A stretch of 64,000 bases of DNA from positions 1 through 64,000 of the forward strand of contig OZ237764.1 in assembly GCA_965178125.1 (NCBI GenBank). Direction: 5' to 3'. Position 1 is the stretch's first letter. Each line of letters starts with the position of its first letter. The position numbers were made by a program, and so were the translations under genes. Shown here piece by piece: positions 59,701-64,000 of the stretch. The notes beneath the pieces are model-generated. The model did no database searches, was not told the origin of the DNA, and saw only the letters and a list, made by a program, of their open reading frames with translations. The DNA comes from Bilabrum cf. latius (lineage: Eukaryota).

Positions 59701-62700
59701 CCGGCAGCATCGGGAGGTTGGTGATCCGACACCGCCCTCTGACTCTGCCCGTGATGCCGGGCAAGTACACGGTGGTGCTCAAGGGGGTCACCAAGGCGAA
59801 CTACTCTGTGACTGTCTCGTGCCGGCTGGCCTACGCCGCCCGCGATGTGGTTGAGGGCTGCGTGCTGAGCTCTGACAAGAAGGAGAGACGACTACCTGCA
59901 AGCCGAAAGGAACTGGAAAGCATTGCCAGCAGCTACCGGCTTGGTGCCAGGAAGCGGCATATTGTCCGACAGCTCATCAACCAAGTCAATCGCAGAATGA
60001 CTGCCAATGTACAACAGCAAAGCTCACTGCGAGAGGCGCTTGACAAAGGCCGGGTGCTTGTGCGGGATCTAGGCAGTGATGACGAGGCAGACTCAAGCTC
60101 AGACGAAAGTGACTCGTCCGATGACGGACTGCGTGCACGGGCGGATAGTGATGCCAGCAGTGATACGAGCAGTATTGCCAGTGGGTCATCTGCTGGGACC
60201 AGCGACAGCGGGTCCTCGCGCGGATCGTCTGGCACGGGAAGTGATGCGTCCTCTGCCGCTTCTGGAAGCACAGGCAGCAGCGGCAGCTCGGGCTCAGGCT
60301 CATCGAGCGGTTCCGATGCGACTGGGTCGGGGGCAGGTAGTCAATCGGGCAAGCCGCTCACTGCGGAGGACGTGCGCCGGAAGATCGAGATGAATCGCAT
60401 CAAACAGGAGCGCAGACGCATGCAGTTGGCTGATGTTACGGAGAGTATGCGGGGCCGCATCGTGCGCCGCATCTAGAAGCTGGAGGAGAGGTTTGCCACG
60501 CTGGCGCGCTCCCTTGGCACGCGCTCGGACGAGATGCGGCAGATCGAGGAGGGACTCATGGTGCTGCGAGAGGCGAGACATGACCGATAGGCCGAGGTGG
60601 AGGCGCTCGTCTCTGGCATTCGCGAGTTCCGCAGGTACGTGCCTGCTGCTGCTGCTGCCCTTCGAATCGACGCGAGCGGTTCAGTGGCGATGCGCAAGGA
60701 GAGACGCAGGGCCGCAATGGAGCGACTGGGGTTGACGGAGCTACTAGGGCGCGCCCCTGCCTCTTCTATTGAAGAGCAAGTGCAGGAGACGGTCAGCAGG
60801 TCGCAATCGATAGCAAGCGGGAAACGATCATCGCAGGGAGGCAAGAGTCTAGGGGGACTGGCAGCTGCAGAGCAAGCTACCCTGCAGCAGCAATCCAAGG
60901 GCGATGCCCGCGCGCTCGTTCTCGCCCACACCACGCAAGGGCAGCTGGCAGTGCAGCAGCAGAACAGAGATGATATTCTGGAGCGGTTGCGACCATCGCC
61001 ATCCGACGTGGAGTACGTGCGGCTTGGCCCCTGCGTGATGCAGTACTTGGTGCGGCAGGACGAATCCACCATGTCGAACCCAGCTGTGACTCCGGCGATG
61101 GTGGTCCGTCGGAAGCCCATCAGCGAGCTCACCTATGAGGAGGCGGTCTGGTTGGCAATGGACCGGGTGATGCACCCGGAGGAGCACGAGCTGGATGACC
61201 AGGGACAGGCAGAAGATGACGAGCTGGCAGGCTTGGTGATGCTGGCCCCTCCCAACGGTGAATCGCTCAGCGCCGGACCCGTCCGTAGGCCACAGTCCCG
61301 GCAGCCCACTCAGGCTGGTGGGCTAGACTAGAAACCCCGCGGTATCCTCGCCCGGATTCAGCGGGATAAGGCAGCCAAAGGTAAAGCTAAGATCGCACAA
61401 GATGCAATCTAGCAGCTGGATTCCGTGTATGACGCGGGTGGCGGTCCACCTCCTGTGCCCAAAGACGAGGCGATATCAGAGGGGCAAGGTGGAGATGGTC
61501 CGGCTTCCGGTGCTGGAGCATCTCCGGATGCAGCTCCGCAGGCACGAACCAAGGACGAGCTGAATCCCGTGGAACCAGCCGTAGTAGGGGGAGCCAAGGG
61601 ATAGGGGCTTCGTGGAACGGCCGCTGATTTGTACGGGCAAGCCAATTAGGGTCGCATTTCCAAGGAGGGTCGTCTTGCGGGGGCCACTTCCAGCGCAGAG
61701 GCTGACTCTGGTGGCGCGGCTGGTAGCGCAGCGCCCAGTAGCAGAACGGAGGCCCGCAGAGATATGAAACTCGTGGGCAGAAACCCGAGCGCCAACGCCC
61801 CGGTGCAGGTGCTGGACCCTCATCTTCAGACGAGCACCACGCTCACTGGACATTTGGGTGCAATCCGCCTGCTGGAAGTGACGGGCGGGTAGATGCCGCC
61901 GTGTCCGTTCAGCAGAGTTGAATTACGGCGCATCCTCACGGCGCCCGTCACAACGCTGGCCCCAGTCGAGCGGGAGGCCAGGGACCTCCTCAACAAGTAC
62001 CACGACAGGCCCCCGCCCCGTGCCGAGGACGCGACACTTGGGCTGCAGCAGGGGCCACAGGGAAGAAGACTAGGCAGTGCAGCCTCGAGCCGCGTGAATC
62101 TCCGAACGCCAAAGACAGCTGCCATCACTACGCGACAGCAAGCGGCTGGCGGCACAGCGGGGGCTATTTTGCCGTACGGTCAGCCGCAAGGCGGCGGTGA
62201 GCACCCAGATGGGGTCGTGCTGACACCCGCCCAAGAGGCTATTCGACAACGCAACCTGCAGCTGGAGTCCAGGCAATCTGAGCAGCGATCCGATGGTGGC
62301 GCCGGCATGCAGTACCACCGTGCTGGGCCAGAATTTGCCGTGGTGCGGTCGGCGGTGCCTATCCCCCGGCACGCGCCCGCCAAGCTTAAGCACCTGCTTG
62401 CAGTCCGCGCCGTTGCCCTCACCACCCGCTGGGAGGCTTTTCTCGAGAAACACCGCAGCGAGACATCCAAGACGGACACCAAGGGCCGCAAACTACAAGG
62501 AGGCGCTGCTTGGGGCGGTTCCACGGAGGTGCAGGGGATTAATGTGATGGAGCTGTCGGACGTCGACCAGCGGGCGAGAGACCTTCTGGATGAATTAGAC
62601 AGGGCAAACGGGTGTGCCAAGCCAACGATGGACTCGGCCGTGCTCTATGGTGTGGAGCAGCGGTACCAGACGATCACCCTTCGTGCAGAGCTCGAGAAGG

Positions 62701-64000
62701 AGCTCGACCTAGTGCTGCAACGGCAAGTGTTGGAGAGGGAGTAGGTCGAGACGGCACTGCAGCTGGAAATTGCAGACACAAACGCAGCCAAGATCAAGAA
62801 GCGGGCTGAGCAGCAGGCCAAGCGGCTCGAGGCAGCCCGCGCAGAGGTCCTAAAGCAGATGAAAGACGAGGACGAGGGCAGGGTCAAGGCAGTGGCTGGC
62901 GAGCTGGAGGCCATGAATTCGACGTCTGGTGGACTGCTTTCGGACGACGAGCGCGCCAGGAATGAGGGTATCCAAATTGCCATCGCAAGGGCCAAGGCAG
63001 AACGCGCGAAACTCAGGGGACACGACGCCAGCCTGGCGATGGAGGAGAAGGAGGTGGAGAACAGGGCTAAGGCCGAAGAGCGCGCCATCAAGGAGCAGCT
63101 GGCTCTGGATCTGGCTGGGGTGCGAGGGGGTGCGCAGGAAGACGAGCAGGACCCAATCCAGGAAATCGGGGGGCTGGCCAAGTGGGGTGCCCCCGACAAG
63201 CCGCTTACCCCGCGCCGAGCCAGGGAAATGCGCATTCGCAAGCGGGAGCAGGCAGAGGAGCAGCGGCTGCAGGAGCAGTTGATGGAGGATGGAGACGAGA
63301 TGGACTCCTAGCAGAGAGCCATGGTTAGGGGCAAGTTGAAGACCATCCGAGACCGCAGGCGAGCCCAGGCTTAGACGATGCTGCGCAAACGCAAAGAAGG
63401 AGCGGATGGTGGCGCGGGGGGCAATGGCAGCGAAGGCACGCCGCACGACGACGATGAGGAAGAAGAGTCCAAGCGTGTCGTGCTGCCGCCCTGGCAGTCC
63501 ACTGAGGACGTGGTGGGGCTCAAGGCGCGGCAGGAGGAGCTCGAGCAGGAGCTGCTACGAGTGAGGACGCTGCCCGAGGAGATCGAGGTCGTGGAGACAC
63601 ACGTCCTTCTCTCGGTGCTCCGAGGAGGTCGTGCAAGAGTGACCGTCCAGGATGCAATCATGGAGTTGGCCACCGAGGTGTAGGACGTCCGAAATCGGCT
63701 GCGGCTAGTGGATCTGGACCGGGAGCTTCACGCGGCCTATTCGTCCAAGGAGGCCAGCATCGAGACGACGGCCATGCACGGATACAAACAGACCGCCTGG
63801 AGGCTCGACGCTATCGCTGCACTGGAGCGGGACAGCAACCGCATCGTGGCACGGCAGGTGGCGCTAGGACTGGTGGACGATATTCTCGAGTGGATGCTGG
63901 AGGGCTGGTACTTTGGGGAGAGGGAGTCCGCCGCTGCCGTGTCTGGGTTCGTGCCCTCTCTGCAGAAAGACAGGCCCCTGCGGCCGTACGAGTCTGCCTC
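47701..64000 (+). CDS. Giant protein of more than 5,400 aa, running off the window: EF-hand-like, alpha/beta-hydrolase-like, SAP-like and long coiled-coil regions; possible first intron 47732-47808
   Basis: 28 listed ORFs from 47793 to 63683 are in one frame and all end in TAG; the gaps I translated contain only more TAG, no TAA or TGA; motifs FAHFDPTGRGWVD, PVLVLAGSEDAFV...AGHCLLLERP, VRAELRARGLSDEGTEFDLLARL. Confidence 0.85.

Noticed and set aside
8135-64000. Mass pseudogenisation or sequencing error as the cause of internal stops
   Set aside because: The stops are almost all TAG, there are no accompanying frameshifts, essential genes are affected, and TAG falls on conserved Gln columns.
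8135-64000. Pyrrolysine or UAG=Leu decoding
   Set aside because: No pyl genes are present, TAG is too frequent, and the informative columns are Gln.

Overview
The window contains two unrelated genomes joined at about 6565/6566. Bases 1-6565 are a lower-GC bacterial operon on the minus strand (standard code; Bacteroidota-type secreted proteins with T9SS C-terminal domains), cut off mid-gene. From 6566 the sequence is the left end of a GC-rich eukaryotic chromosome: a (CCCTAA)n telomere, subtelomeric repeats, two satellite families, a tRNA-Gly gene and about 15 compact protein genes, many with GT-AG introns. Recognisable genes are POLR3C/RPC82, a pyrophosphatase, RPN6, a C2-C2-WW protein, a Sig1/Ocm1-type mastigoneme protein (which points to a stramenopile), a TBC1D20-like GAP, a NUDX14-like Nudix hydrolase, SHMT, an E(z)-type CXC-SET methyltransferase and a >5,400-codon gene. 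The main discovery is a non-standard nuclear genetic code. The ORF track is fragmented because in-frame TAG codons interrupt conserved genes, and TAG sits at conserved glutamine positions (Nudix LTE[TAG]PRLP, RPN6 IPGTLDL[TAG]VSLCKE). True gene ends are TGA in 13 of the 14 genes I could trace, and TAA in one. The best reading is UAG=Gln with UAA not co-reassigned (table-15-like). All alignments were made by eye from remembered family motifs; no searches were run.
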